64,000 bases of DNA. It comes from the human T2T-CHM13v2.0 reference genome, Homo sapiens. How positions within the stretch are numbered: the stretch's first letter is position 1; the number at the start of each line of letters is the position of its first letter. The DNA lies in NCBI RefSeq assembly GCF_009914755.1, contig NC_060947.1; one strand, written 5' to 3'. Shown here one piece after another: positions 11,908 through 24,664 of this stretch. Under the pieces are notes generated by a model. It had not been told where the DNA came from. It saw only the letters and a program-made list of their open reading frames with translations, and ran no database searches. Position numbers and translations under genes: made by a program.

Positions 11908-14847
11908 TTTACAAGAACATATTTTTTAAAAGGTTTTTTAAAATTAACATACAAACTCTCTACATTTAAATAGTGAACATTCAGTAATGATTTTATCTGA
12001 AAAATTATTCTTTTCCTGAAACCTTTTCAATTATATAAACCATGTTAGGGTAGATAAGCAGAGCAGCAGGAGCAAATGCACTAAGATTGGGTGATTGCAT
12101 CAGAACCACTTTGGTTTCATGTCATCATGTCAACCACAAAACTTGTGATAAAACTCTTCCACCTGCAAAAAGTAAAACAAAATGCAATATAAAATCCAAG
12201 TTTTTAGCAATAATTTTACTAACTTATGGCCTTCAGGGTCCATTTTGTCATTTACAGTGATTAATCATTGGCTTATCTGAGAAAGAAATTTTTTCTGCAT
12301 TACTGTTCCTTATTGGCATTGTGTTAATCAGACCAATCCTAATTGGGCATTAAAGACATGTTCATAGAAGTTACAGTGTGGTCAAGATATCTGCATATTC
12401 TGTAGAATGTTCTGTGAACAGTCTAGTGACTTACATTTGGATGAGAAATAAAAGACCACGGATTTTGTGTGTCAATGTTGTACCTTTGGTTAATTTTGCT
12501 ATTTTCCATTTTGTCGGTGATGGCTTCCATTTGCAGCCACATTTGGAGATGCCTCATTTTAAGCAACTCAGGTCAGGATTATGCTTGACACCCAAGAGCA
12601 TGTTCATGAAAGAACTTCAAAAATTGCAAAGTCCTGGAAAAGCATAGGCTTCATTTTTATTATTTATCATGAAGCTGCTCAAATCTCCTCTTAAGCATGA
12701 AGCCTGATATTTTCACTGCAGAATATTTGGAAGGTGCTGTCCTTGTCCATCAAGGACTCTTTCCAACAAAACCAAGTAGCAAGACATTAATGCAAAAAGA
12801 GAAGGTAAACAATGAGCTAGATGGCAAATGTATGTGTGAATGCCTTAATGTTATGAGAGAGCAAGATGGTGCATTCAGAGAACTCATTCATTCTCTGAAT
12901 GTTGGAGACGTTTTACTATTGCTTACTTAAAAATAGGCTAGAAGTCTAGAGATAACCTCTTCATCATCCTGAAATGGACTGGCCCCTCTGGGTAATTTCC
13001 TCCTACATTTCTGGGAGAAATTTTACAACTACAGTTTCTTCAGCTGGGCCTACCTGGAGAATGTCCCCAGCGGTCCCAAATCTAATCTGTCAAAACAGGA
13101 TAGTTTCTTTCTCCTCATTCTTGGCTGCCTTCAATCCAATGCCAAGGAGGCCAGAAATTCCCTCAACTTCTTACAGGTTCGGGCTACTTTGCAGAAAAGA
13201 TAAATCTCTATTATCTGAGGATTTGTGCATCCTCAAATCTCTATGTGGCGTTAGAGCCTATGACATTTTTTTTTGCAAAGACCTGGTGCAATGGTCCTTC
13301 CCAGTGCATTTTCACAAGGCTTCTCTTTGTGATGATGTTTATTCAGCCCATTTAATTTGGAAGTGAAGGAAAGAGGAGAAATGAAAAGAAACTGTGGGCA
13401 CGAGAGAGTCAAAGAATGAATAAGGAAAACTAAGGGACGGAGGAAAAGAAGAAGGAAAAGAAAGAACAGCTCTAACAGCAAAGAGCAAGTAGAGGAGAAT
13501 ATTGATGTCAGGCTGGAGACTGATAAACGTTAAGTTTCACAGCTAAGGCTCTCAGAGCAGAGACCACTCCTTCCTTCTCTTGTGTATGTATTTGTGGATA
13601 GAACCAAAAAGGAATGGGATTATTCTGCTGTAGATATTCTTGTCGCAGTTTTATCTTAGTGTCTTTATAGTTTAACATATATCCTTTCCTTTTATTAAAT
13701 GCATCGTAAAATCAGCAAGCTTTGCTATAGACTTTCATAAACAGAATTTTCCCTTTTTGGTATGGAGCCTGGAAATCTGAAGGACATGGTACTGCTTACG
13801 GGCAGATCATTTGTTTAAACTCTTCAACGGCCTGCCGTCAGCACCAGGAACATTTTTAAATCGGGTTCTGAGCTGTTAATCTTTGGTTTGCACTAAAATT
13901 CTCAATTGAAACATTTTTCTTTTTCAAGTGGACCTTCTGAATCTGGACATAAACTTCTACCGTCTAGTGTGTTTCTCAGAATAGGAACATTTAAAGAAAG
14001 CTTTTGGGTGACTGCTATTTCTGGATTGAAGTGAGAACAAAAATGTAGACAAAATGCACATGTAGACAACATGAAAAAAATAACTGTTGTCTTTAATGCT
14101 GTGGGAAGCCTGGGTGGTATTTGCCCTGAATTGTGTCAATTTATGTAATATTGCTTAAACTTGGTCTGCTGCTTGAAGAACCATATATGTGCCCATGTGT
14201 GCATATATATGATAGAAAGAGAGAATATTTCTAGATTTAGTGTATAAAGAATAATGGCCTAGAAGTTCTAGAAAGTGCGAATCCATTAGTCATGGCCGTG
14301 AATCGCCCACCTCAAGGATCTGTTGCCAACCAACTGTAAGGTATGTACCATGAAAAGCTAAAATTGTTTCCTGATATCACTTTAAAAGGTAAGGTATATG
14401 ATAGCTTCTTTTCTAGAAAGTCATAATTTTGAATTATCAAAGTGCCTTGCTTATAAATACTTTTGGAATAAGTAATTCTGTCTTTCCTAATATTTCTAGA
14501 TATTGGGAGCAAATTCGTGTTTACCTTATGTGTATCCCTCATGGATTTTTCCATTTCCATTGTATTAACTGTGACTTTCTTCAGCAAATCTGGTGGTTGT
14601 AGATTTATTTTAATTCTCCGTGCCATAGTATTCTACCTCAGCATGCAATCTGCTGATTCCTTCCCCTTTCTAAAATGAGCTTGCATTTTAATTTTTAAAA
14701 TTAGTATTAACCAGGTAATAAATATTAACTGAGTACCGACTATGAACCTGACTCTGAGAAATGTCATAATGAGATATTTAATGACAACAGTTTGAGAAGC
14801 TAAAAAATAATTTGCCAAAGCATATAATTTATTTGCTAGTGCTTTGT

Positions 14848-15205
14848 TCATTCATCCATTCACCCATTAACCTGACTTCCATCTTCTTATTCCCTATCTG
14901 CTCATCCGTCCACCCCTGCACCCATGCACTTATCCAAGAATCCATTCATTAATTTATTCACTCATCCATTTATTCACACACTCATCCACCCATCCACCCA
15001 TCTATGAATCCACCCGTCAATTCATTCTTCCATCCACTCACTTACTGAACTATCCATGTACCCATCCACCCATCTATTCATCCACTCATCCATTCTTGCA
15101 CCCATCTACCCATCTACTCATTCACCCATCCACCAGTCCACCCATCCATTCAGCCACCCATCCACACTTCCACCCATTCACTTGTCCATTCATCCATCCA
15201 TCTGT
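14848..15205. repeat. Degenerate (CCAT/TCAT)n simple repeat, about 350 bp
   Basis: Repeated catccacccatccattcact units. Confidence 0.85.
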
Positions 15206-15820
15206 CGTTCACCAGACAGATGCTGAAGGCCTTTGATGGTCTTGCACTTATCTTGGCATTTTAAATATAAAGTTGGCAAAGTAGTTCCTGTCTTCTTAAA
15301 GCTCAAAATCCAAGCAAGGAGACAGACCACATAAAAAATATTTGTAAATATTTTGAACTTCTTTATAGAAAAGCAGTCTTCAACCTCACAGTGGCCTAAT
15401 CTCAGTAAATGTGTATTGGCATTCTTTAATAGTTATCATTAAAAAAATACTAAGTTCTCCTTTGGCAACTGTATATTGTTTTCCTGCATTCTTCTGACTT
15501 CTTACTTAGAGTTATAATATTTTTATAATGATCTGTAATGGTATGCTTTTAAAATGGAAATAAGAAATATAGAGACAGGTGTTACATGAAGGGGGCTACT
15601 AAAATGTAGGAATTCATTTGGGGGACAGATGAGAATTTACTGGTTTTAAAAGTACTTGCCATCTTTTTTTTTTCAGTAGCAGGAAACTAATGATTTCTTT
15701 TTATTCTTGGGAGGGAGAGGGCAGGGGTGGTTTCTTAATTATGAAGTGCAATTGTTTAGATTTTTAAGTAGTGTTATTCCTGTTATGAGCTGCCCAGGCA
15801 GCCACATCAAAAGCAGCTCT

Positions 15821-15864
15821 ACGTGTGTGTGTGTGTGTGTGCGCGCACACACACACACACACGC
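15821..15864. repeat. (GT)9-GCGCGC-(AC)8 palindromic microsatellite
   Basis: Directly visible; perfect inverted repeat at 15825-15862. Confidence 0.95.
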
Positions 15865-16124
15865 CAGCCTGGATTGTGGAGACAGACCTGGTCTCTCAGA
15901 CCTGGATTTAATTTCATTGCTTGAAGGAGAAATAAGTTGGTGTGTTCTTTCTGGCGGAGAGTCATTTTTTCCTGCCTTGTTTTCTAGCTTTCAAGTCTGT
16001 ATTTGCATTTTAATTAAGAAAGAAGACAACTGTTGGAAATGAAATTTGGATGAAAGCTGTGAATATTTATCATTTGAACAAGTGGTGTTAACATAAGTCT
16101 ACCTGTTGAAAACAATGGTTTTAA

Positions 16125-16491
<367 letters not shown>

Positions 16492-16509
16492 TAATGTTTT
16501 CCTTTTCAA

Positions 16510-16830
16510 AAAATGAGATATAACTGACATACAGTAATGTGAATAAATCTTAAGTGTATGGCTTGACAAATTTTGATGTGTGTACACATCTATGGGACCA
16601 CAAATCAGATACAGATATAGAACATTTCCAGTGATCCAAAAAGTTCCTTCATGCACCTTTTTCAGTCAATACTCATACCTCGCCTTTCACAACAGTAACT
16701 ACTATTCAGACCTCTGTTATCATAGATTTATTTTGTTTGTTTTTGAACTTCATATAAATGGAATCGTACAATAATAATATGTATCTTTTGTGTTGGGTTC
16801 TTTTGATCAATATTATGCCTATGAGACTTC
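16510..16830 (-). mobile_element. Old L1M (L1MC/ME-like) 3' UTR fragment
   Basis: gagatataactgacatacagtaa...cttaagtgta...tttgaacttcatataaatggaatc. Confidence 0.8.
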
Positions 16831-17081
16831 TAAAGTAAATAAACCTTATGCTTTTATTCACAGACTGGGGTAACAAAACTATCAGGATTCTACTTAGGTT
16901 CTAAAAAAGTGGAATTGCTAACTGAGTTGTTGTTAGTTGGGTTTGTCTGACTTTGTTTTGGCAACAGGAGTTGGTCCCAGTGATAGGGCAGCTAATGATT
17001 CAATCCATCAATCTATAGGTTTTTATCGAAAACCCTCTATATGCTTAGCATGTGTCTCTTCTCGATGGTTCTTTTCAAATC

Positions 17082-17301
17082 CAGGGTTTCCCACCCTCAG
17101 CACTACTGACATTTGGGGCTGGATCATTCTTTGCTGTGGAGCTGTCTGTGCACTGTAGGATGTTTAGCCACACCCCTGTTCTCCACTCACTGGGTACCAG
17201 TGGTATCTACTCCTCTTTTGTCCAGTTATGACACCAAAAATGTTTTCAGATATTGCCAATATCCCTGGTGAGGCAAAATTACCCTCAGTTGAGAGTCACT
17301 G
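17082..17301. mobile_element. MER20 hAT-Charlie element
   Basis: cagcactactgacatttggggctggatcattctttgctgtgg...gacaccaaaaatg...cagttgagagtcactg. Confidence 0.88.
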
Positions 17302-18264
17302 TCATAAACCTACTGCCACTGCTTTCTACATTTTATTTCACAAACTTTTTTGGGTACTTTCTGATAAGAAGAACCTATGAGACACTTTGGACGAGTAGGG
17401 AAGGTGGGCTCCAAGTTCTTTATTTGTTATGTACTTGGTTGAGTGAAGCACACAGTTTTCATTTCTAGGGGTGGGTAATATTATGAAAAAAAGGTAGAAA
17501 TTGGTAAGATTTGATGATAGCTACTGACAGGGTAACTGGGTCAAACTTCAAAGTGGCAATTCTGAAAATGCACTAGCAGTCTGAATCTCCAAGTGATTTT
17601 TAGACGTTTTGAAAAATCCAAGAAATTCTAAGACCACCACAGTTTGGAACCATGCCTTGAGTAATAGGCCTGGGATAGACATGAAATTCCTACACTGCAT
17701 TTAATTAGGAGGTTTTGATCAGGGTTCCAACTGGCATTTGCAGCTGATGTTTGATTAAGAGAAAGTCCTGTCTCAAAATATGAGAAAACTTGAATAATAA
17801 AAGCACTGTGCCAATGGCTTTTCATGTATTTGTTTAGAACCTGCCTTGGTTCCAGGAAGGATTTAATGTGGATTTCTATCATTGCATGTGCTGTCTTCAT
17901 CAATGGTTTAAAATATCAACCAGGGTGAAGATATAAGAGAGGAATATCGAATCATTGCTTAGAAGAAGACTTGAGCAGGCATCTCCTCCTCCTCCATCTA
18001 AGCTTCAAAAGAGGCCTCCCCTAACCAGACAGTCCAGTGAGATAATGAATTAATTAGAGACTTGGAAGGGTTAGCATGAGAGCCTTGTCTGTCTTGCCTC
18101 TGGCCCTCTGTCTGCTCGGCTAGATCCTGGTTAGGAGCTTTTGGCAGTCCTCAGGTTGGGGATGAGATACCTTGGCAGGCTTGAGTGGGCATCAAAGACA
18201 CCAGGAAGGATCCCAGCCCAGTTTCTGGCAATTCTATCTGTCACTGGGTTTTATGCCTGTGTTC

Positions 18265-18400
18265 AAAATATTCCATTTCTCCATCTGTAAAATGGAGATA
18301 ATCCTTCCTCACCTTGCAGGGATGTTGGGAGGATTAATTAGCTAGTGTTCCTCAAGTGCTTTGAAGATGAAAAGGCTTGTGGAAGTGCTAAGTATTAAGG
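18265..18400 (+). mobile_element. Ancient CORE-SINE (MIR1_Amn/MIR3-like) 3' half
   Basis: CORE ccatctgtaaaatggagataat followed by cagggatgttgggaggattaattag...aagtgctttgaagatgaaaagg...aagtatta. Confidence 0.6.
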
Positions 18401-20117
18401 CAAGGCAGCGAATGCCTGCTGGAAGTGCTCTTCCTTTCCTCATCCTCTTGTCAGCAGTTGTGTTTCTCTTGCCTTTTCTGCATATTTCACAGACCAAAGT
18501 GCTGGCATGGTAGGTAGGACAATGCATGGATCAGCACAGAACAAAGACAGTAATGCCTTATTTTATGCCTTGCTACTAACTTGGCTTATCAGTTGGCATG
18601 ACCTCTGAAGATCTTTTTGCTCTGAATGTTTTAATCATCAAGTTCTGGTGGTTATCCAAGGTGATCCTAATCTACTTTGGGGTGGAGGGAGGAAGTGGTG
18701 TCAGGAGAGATCAAACCAGGCCACCTTGAGCTGAAAGCTCTGAAGGAGAAGGATTCCTTGAAATGGAGGTAATTTTTGAATTATAATAAGTGAGAAGACT
18801 GCAAGGGAGACAAGCTGAGGGACAAATGCTCTGTGCTTTTCTCCTCACTTTCACAAACAGGAGGAGAACTTCCACTGACCTAGCAGTAGTTTGCTCCTCC
18901 AGGCTGTCATGTCTTCTGATCATGTCTTTTATGAGGTGAATTTCTCCTCATGAAAGACTAGACTTTAAGGAGAGATTCTGTGCAGGTCCCTACAGTGTGG
19001 AGATGGATTGATTGGGCCTACAGATTGCAGCTAATCAATTCATCCTTTGCTTCCCAAAGGTTTATGCATTTGGGTGGAGTTCACAATGAGTGGTCTGGGT
19101 GCAGGGCCGTGTGGAGAAGCATGTCCACCGCTCTTGCCCCGGTGGCTTCTTTAGATAATCTTGCAATCTTCACAGGTTCTTTTCTAGGTATGTTATTGTT
19201 TGGAATAACTCCCTTGAGTTTGGAAGAAGAAAAGGAATAGTACCAGGTTTACTCAATCATTTGTTAGTTTGCTTGTTATCTTAAAAAATTCTATAAAATT
19301 CTTTTGAGAAGTTTCTCTGCTCATTGATCTTGAAAATCTCCTTGCTTTAGAGAATGGATGTGCTCCTCATATGCTAAGGATAAACCAGATTTTGGTAAAT
19401 CAGGTTATCTTAGGGGTCCCAGGTGAGTTTGCCATTTTAACGATGCTTAGAGTGAATCCTTGTATAAGGGAAAGTATCTTGTATATTCTGTATCCTTTAG
19501 GAACTCACGTCTGTTGACTTTATCAGATGTTGGGGTGGTGGTGAGGCTAAAGACCAATAGGCGACATATGGCAGGATCTTCCCTCCAAGTGACCCTCTGG
19601 AAAGGGCTATACTTACTTAATTTTGGTGGAGCTCATCATAGGGTCAGGAAACCAGGGAGAAAGCTGAGCAACTGGTATTTATAGATCTTTCTCTTTAAAT
19701 CAGGTTTGCTCATGATTTGTCTGGTCTTTATTCTTCTCCATGTCTGAAACTGAGTTCCTTGGATTCCCTTCTCTTCAAAGCCCTCTTGGCAACCTTCTGA
19801 GGAATGGCAGAGTTCATTCTGATCCACGTCCGGTGAGCGTAGCTCAACCGTGATGGAGCTTGACCTGTCAAATTCACAGAAAAATGTCCGTTACATATTC
19901 CAGCTGTTCCTTAAACATGCTCCCTAAGAGCTAGTTCCATTTGTTAGCTGTCAGAACGATGTGGAGGAATTGCTCCAGACCCTTGGATGTCATCAACCAC
20001 TTTTGTTTATACACCAGTTATTTTCTCTATTAGCAAATCAATGTTTGGCAAAAAGAAAGCACAGGCTAAGAACTTTTCCTGATGAGTTGCTGCCCCAGCC
20101 TTGGAACTCTTCTCAGC

Positions 20118-20118
<1 letters not shown>

Positions 20119-20163
<45 letters not shown>

Positions 20164-20184
20164 AAGAAAGAAAGAAAGAAAGAA
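20119..20184 (+). repeat. Poly(A)43 followed by (GAAA)n
   Basis: Uninterrupted A at 20119-20161, then GAAA repeats. Confidence 0.95.
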
Positions 20185-20470
20185 ATTGAGGAGGAATTCA
20201 GTTTTACATGTTTTCCTTCCTGCTTACATGAACAGAGGAGGCCTACCTGAAGCTGAATCCAAGCACTGCCTTTGACGTTGGTAAAGATGGGGCTCTGAGC
20301 TCACATATCACCTTGGAAACTGGATCCTGTTACTGCTGGGAAAGGAATGCTTGGTTGCCAAAAGCATTAAGATAGGGAATGTGGATTCCACCTCTCAGTG
20401 CTCCTGCCTTGGATCAATTAGGTAGGATACTACCCAGAGATACAGACATGATGGACCAAGTAACTTCTCC

Positions 20471-20544
20471 AAACTTTGATTCTCTCTGGATCCCATGGAT
20501 ATGGGAACTGTGATGTCCAGGAGATCCAGAGAGAATCAGAGTTT
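20471..20544. repeat. Inverted repeat with 32-bp arms and a 10-nt loop
   Basis: Arms at 20471-20502 and 20513-20544 are reverse-complementary at 28 of 32 positions. Confidence 0.9.
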
Positions 20545-20665
20545 CAGTGAGTGAAACCTAGAGTGTGTGCTGCTAGGATTTTCCTCATAAACCTGGGTGT
20601 TTTATTCTTGTGGGCCAGAAAGTTATTTCATTCCTAAACCCGTGATGTAGACTTCTCAGAAATTC

Positions 20666-20862
20666 CAGTGGTGTGGAGGATCCAGCTTCTATCAGCTCAC
20701 AAGAGCTGATTGCACATATCTCTCCCCAACTGCTGTTCAGTGGCATCAAGTTGGTAGCTTGAAATCTGCCATGATGAGAGTATTTACACTATAGAAATTG
20801 GCAAATATGGCAAATAAGGGTCCCCACCACCCATGCTTGTGAAACATCTTCCAGCACACCAA
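20666..20862 (+). mobile_element. MER63A-like hAT-Blackjack element
   Basis: cagtggtgtg...gttggtagcttgaaatctgccatg...agtatttacac...ccagcacacca. Confidence 0.8.
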
Positions 20863-21059
20863 GGAAATTATCCTAACACGTAACATCACTTATGGGGGCT
20901 GTTTAGCTTCAGGGGAGGAAATCCCCTTTGCTCTGATCTCATTGTGTGTACCTGCTTTGCATAGGCAGACTACCCCTTGTTCTCTCATCTATTAAACTCG
21001 ACCTGAGAGAGAGCTTCATGAGATGGGTTGTGTGACAGGAGATCACTAGGGTAATGAGT

Positions 21060-21195
21060 CTGTTCCTTTCGCTGCTCAGCTATATGACAGGTTATTTTAC
21101 CTCTCTAGGCCTCAGCTTCCTCTTCACTATAATAAAAGTAATTTAGATCATTAAATAATTGCTAAGTTTCCTTGTAGCTTCGACATTCTGCAATT
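21060..21195 (+). mobile_element. MIR3-like SINE
   Basis: acctctctaggcctcagcttcctc CORE plus the tail ttccttgtagcttcgacattctg. Confidence 0.55.
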
Positions 21196-22490
21196 TGATG
21201 AGTGCTTGGCTGCTGGAAAATGTCATGTGTTTCAAAGGCTTGGGGCACATGCACATCATTCACAGTGACCAGCTGAGCTCTCTCATTTTCTTTCTGGATC
21301 TTGGACTCCCAGTAATTCTACTTTTATCTGGACTTCTATCTTCAGCATGAATGAGCAGGGTGCCTCTAAGTGAGAAGCATAATTGATTAGTTCCTTCCAT
21401 CTGGGGGTGTCAAAGCACTTTCAAGTCAGTAGTCAGTATCCATCATGGTTGCTCTGCAGGGAAGACTGCCTGAGAGTGCCTGTTTTGCAAGGGACATATC
21501 ACAGTGGTGGACCAAGGACCCAGAATTATTGACTTGTCTTTTAATCAGAAAAGGGGCTACTTCCTGGTCTTAAAGAAGTTCCAGCTTTGAGATTAATCTG
21601 CTGTCTATAACCCCAGATCACTTGGCATGCTCGGCCTGGCTGACCTGCTGACAGAACTTGATATATTTCCCATCTCTCTGACATGGAGATAAACCTGAAT
21701 AGGATTTTGCTAGTTCAGAGGATTTGGGGATACATGTTTAGGTAAAGTTTTCCTATAAAATTCCTTAAAAGAGGTGTGGTGTGGGTTTTTGTTGGGAATT
21801 GAGGCTACACTTAATGGAATGTGGAAGAGACCAAATCCACCTTTATGGGGTGCCTGGATGGAAAAGGTGTACTGATAGGAAGTTGGGACTGACCACAGAC
21901 TTGGGCTGCTTTGTGATTTTGCTTACAGTCTTGCCAAGACCTAGCATCTGCCAAAATACGTGTCTCTGGGCCCTCTCTACCGAAATGTACACATTGACAT
22001 GCACCAACTCATGCCGCTGTTGTTATGATTGTGTTTATGAAGCCATTTACTCTTGAATCAAGAACCTGAGTGACTTGCTGAGTGTTTGTAGGTTTATTGT
22101 CCACTCTGCCAGCTGACTGGGCTGTGTGTGTTCAATGGCTGAAGCCATGATTCCCACAGCTGAAGGTTTGGTCCATTGAGTCTGCCACCATAAAGCACAA
22201 GCTATGTGAAGGGCTGGAAAAGAAATAAATTCTTCTGGGATTAACTCCAAAGCAGAAGTACAGTTCTGTCTTGCACAGATAATAGAGGCTGGGTTCAAAC
22301 TTCTTGGGGTCAGACTGCCAGCTGTGACCCACATTGGAGGTCTACCATCTTTTCTTGTTGGAATACTTCCTAAGAATATATTTTTTAAAAAATCAAGCAC
22401 CCCTTGTGTATTTTACATTTGATATCTGAATTTTCTAATCGTAAGTTGAATTCATCACAAAAGTATATTTTCCAGCACATTGTGTATTCT

Positions 22491-22653
22491 CACAGCTCAA
22501 AGTCTGATGCACGGGTCAGCAACATCAGCATCCCCTGGCAGCTTGTTAGAAATGCAGAATCTTGGGTCTCTCTCCAGCCCCACTAAATCAGAATAAGCAT
22601 TTTAATAAGATTCCCAGGTGATTCACATGCACATTTAAGTCTGAGGAGCACTG
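22491..22653. mobile_element. MER5A/5A1 element
   Basis: cagcaacatcagcatcccctggcagcttgttagaaatgcagaatc...caggtgattcacatgcacatttaagtctgaggagcactg. Confidence 0.85.
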
Positions 22654-23813
22654 GTGTATATCATATACATGCTTTAAGTATATCTTCATTAAAACCTTTC
22701 AATTTATGAAAAAATTATTAGATCAGGGTACGTGACCTAACTGCAAAGTCATTTCTTATTGTCAAACCATCAGCCAAGCCAGATTAACTTTTAGTCAGTA
22801 TAAAGAAAGGGGTTTCTTCATTGATTCAGGTGAATGTGTTAACATGTGTACTTGGCCAATCTTCATCCTTCTGAGTTCTGGTTTTAGGATAAGTAGGCAG
22901 CTGGCTGGCCAGATAGATATATAAGGCACAAAGCTGTGCTATGAATTTGTTGCCTGAATAAAATATGGCACTGTGGCCTTCAAATTTTTTTGAAATGTTC
23001 TTTCTTTGCCCTGGGAATTTTCCTTCTAAAGTGATGCTGACTCAAATGATACCTCGGTTTGGGGCTGGGGAGATTTTTACTCCTTAGGAAAATGCATCCT
23101 CATAAGATTGAGAATAGGTGGGCAATTTCCCTTTCTTTATTAAAGGAGGAGGAAGGCAGCTGTGAAAAAGGGAATATGGAGAAGCAGAGCTGCCACAGAG
23201 ATGGCAGGTCAGCTTTGGGAGGCATGCATATGGAAGCAGAAAATATGGAAACTGAATCTCTTAAAGCTATCCATATACCTACATACTGCCAGAAAGTCTC
23301 TGGGGACCCCAGTGGTAGGTGAGCCCAAGTTTAAGAAAGTTGAGTTGGAGAATCAATTAATGCCCTTTTGGAACTTCCTGGTTTCCAGCCTTTTTATCTC
23401 CTTGAATGCACATGTCTCTCTCTCTCTCTCTTTCTCTCTCTGTGTGTGTGTGTTTATAAATAAGAGTCATTAAGCCCCAATTCACCACAACCAAAGCTTT
23501 TGCCTGTTCCCTCATCTCCTCTTGAATTCCAACTGCAATTAAATTTATCAAATATTTATTTAATCCAACTGCGCATCAGGCACTACACCAGGCATTGGTG
23601 ATGTTGAGATGACCAATGGAGACAACAATAGTCATTGTTGATAACGAAGACGCACACACTTGTGGAATTCTATAGAGATTTTCAGAAGAAGGGATGGCAA
23701 GCAACTTCCAATGTTATCCTTGGAAATCAACTCCTTATTAGGGGGGAAGTTCCTAAAGAAAGGATAATGAAGTCTGCTAAAGAAAAGATGCATCTGCCTG
23801 TGTGTACTGGGGG

Positions 23814-23849
<36 letters not shown>

Positions 23850-23866
23850 ACACGTGCGCGCGCGCT
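23814..23866. repeat. (TG)n plus CA/CG alternating purine-pyrimidine tract
   Basis: (TG)~17 followed by cacacgtgcgcgcgcgc. Confidence 0.95.
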
Positions 23867-24664
23867 ATACAGATCAAACCATTGCAGACCTGCAATGTTT
23901 TCCAAGTGCTTTAATGTTTAATTCTCTTTGATTTGATCCACGGCGTCATCAAGTATTCCTGCGGGCAATTCCAAGGTGTCTGAGGACCCTTGCTGGGTAT
24001 CAAAATCCAGTAAGACCTTTGGAGAAATTGAAGAAGGGGAACTTTATTGGTTTTTAGGCCAGTCTTATAATTTAATTCTGTTTTTTGTCTGAAACACACA
24101 TGCACGGAATCTTTTATCGTCTGTTAGGCATGTGTCCTACCAATCACAAGACTTAAGATGAGAAAAATAAGCAAATGTTTGATGGAGAGAAAACAGCCGT
24201 TGGAATCCTGTGGCTGTTCCCACACTGGGGGGATCAGGCAAACCCAGGATCCATGCATTAGAAAAGAATGGTGCAGAGAGAGCTATTGTCCCCTTTGAGC
24301 TGTGGCCCATAGTAAATTGTTGACTCTGATCCTAGGGTCAGGTTATTGCTGAGTTGCTGTTAGCATTAATAATTATATAATGGCCTTCCCATTTTTCTAC
24401 CCCATGTGGATCATTTTGGGTGTTTGTGGTGAGAATGTTCTCTAGGTGGCATCACGGAACTTCTCACCAGTGCTGTTTGGGGGACCCTTGGGCCCAGTCT
24501 CCTCCTTCCATGCCTGACATTGCAGCTTGACCTACAGCACTTGCTGCCTTTTCCCCCTCACTGTAACCACTTTGGTTAACTTGGCTGAAGGCTGCAAGCC
24601 TCATGAAAGAGGTTCATGGCTATGAACACCCAAAATGATCTCAGATTCAGATTATGCACATATT

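Noticed and set aside
14848-15205. Repeat-spacer-like periodicity
   Set aside because: It is a degenerate (CCAT)n simple repeat with no constant repeats or unique spacers, and the DNA is eukaryotic, so it is not CRISPR.
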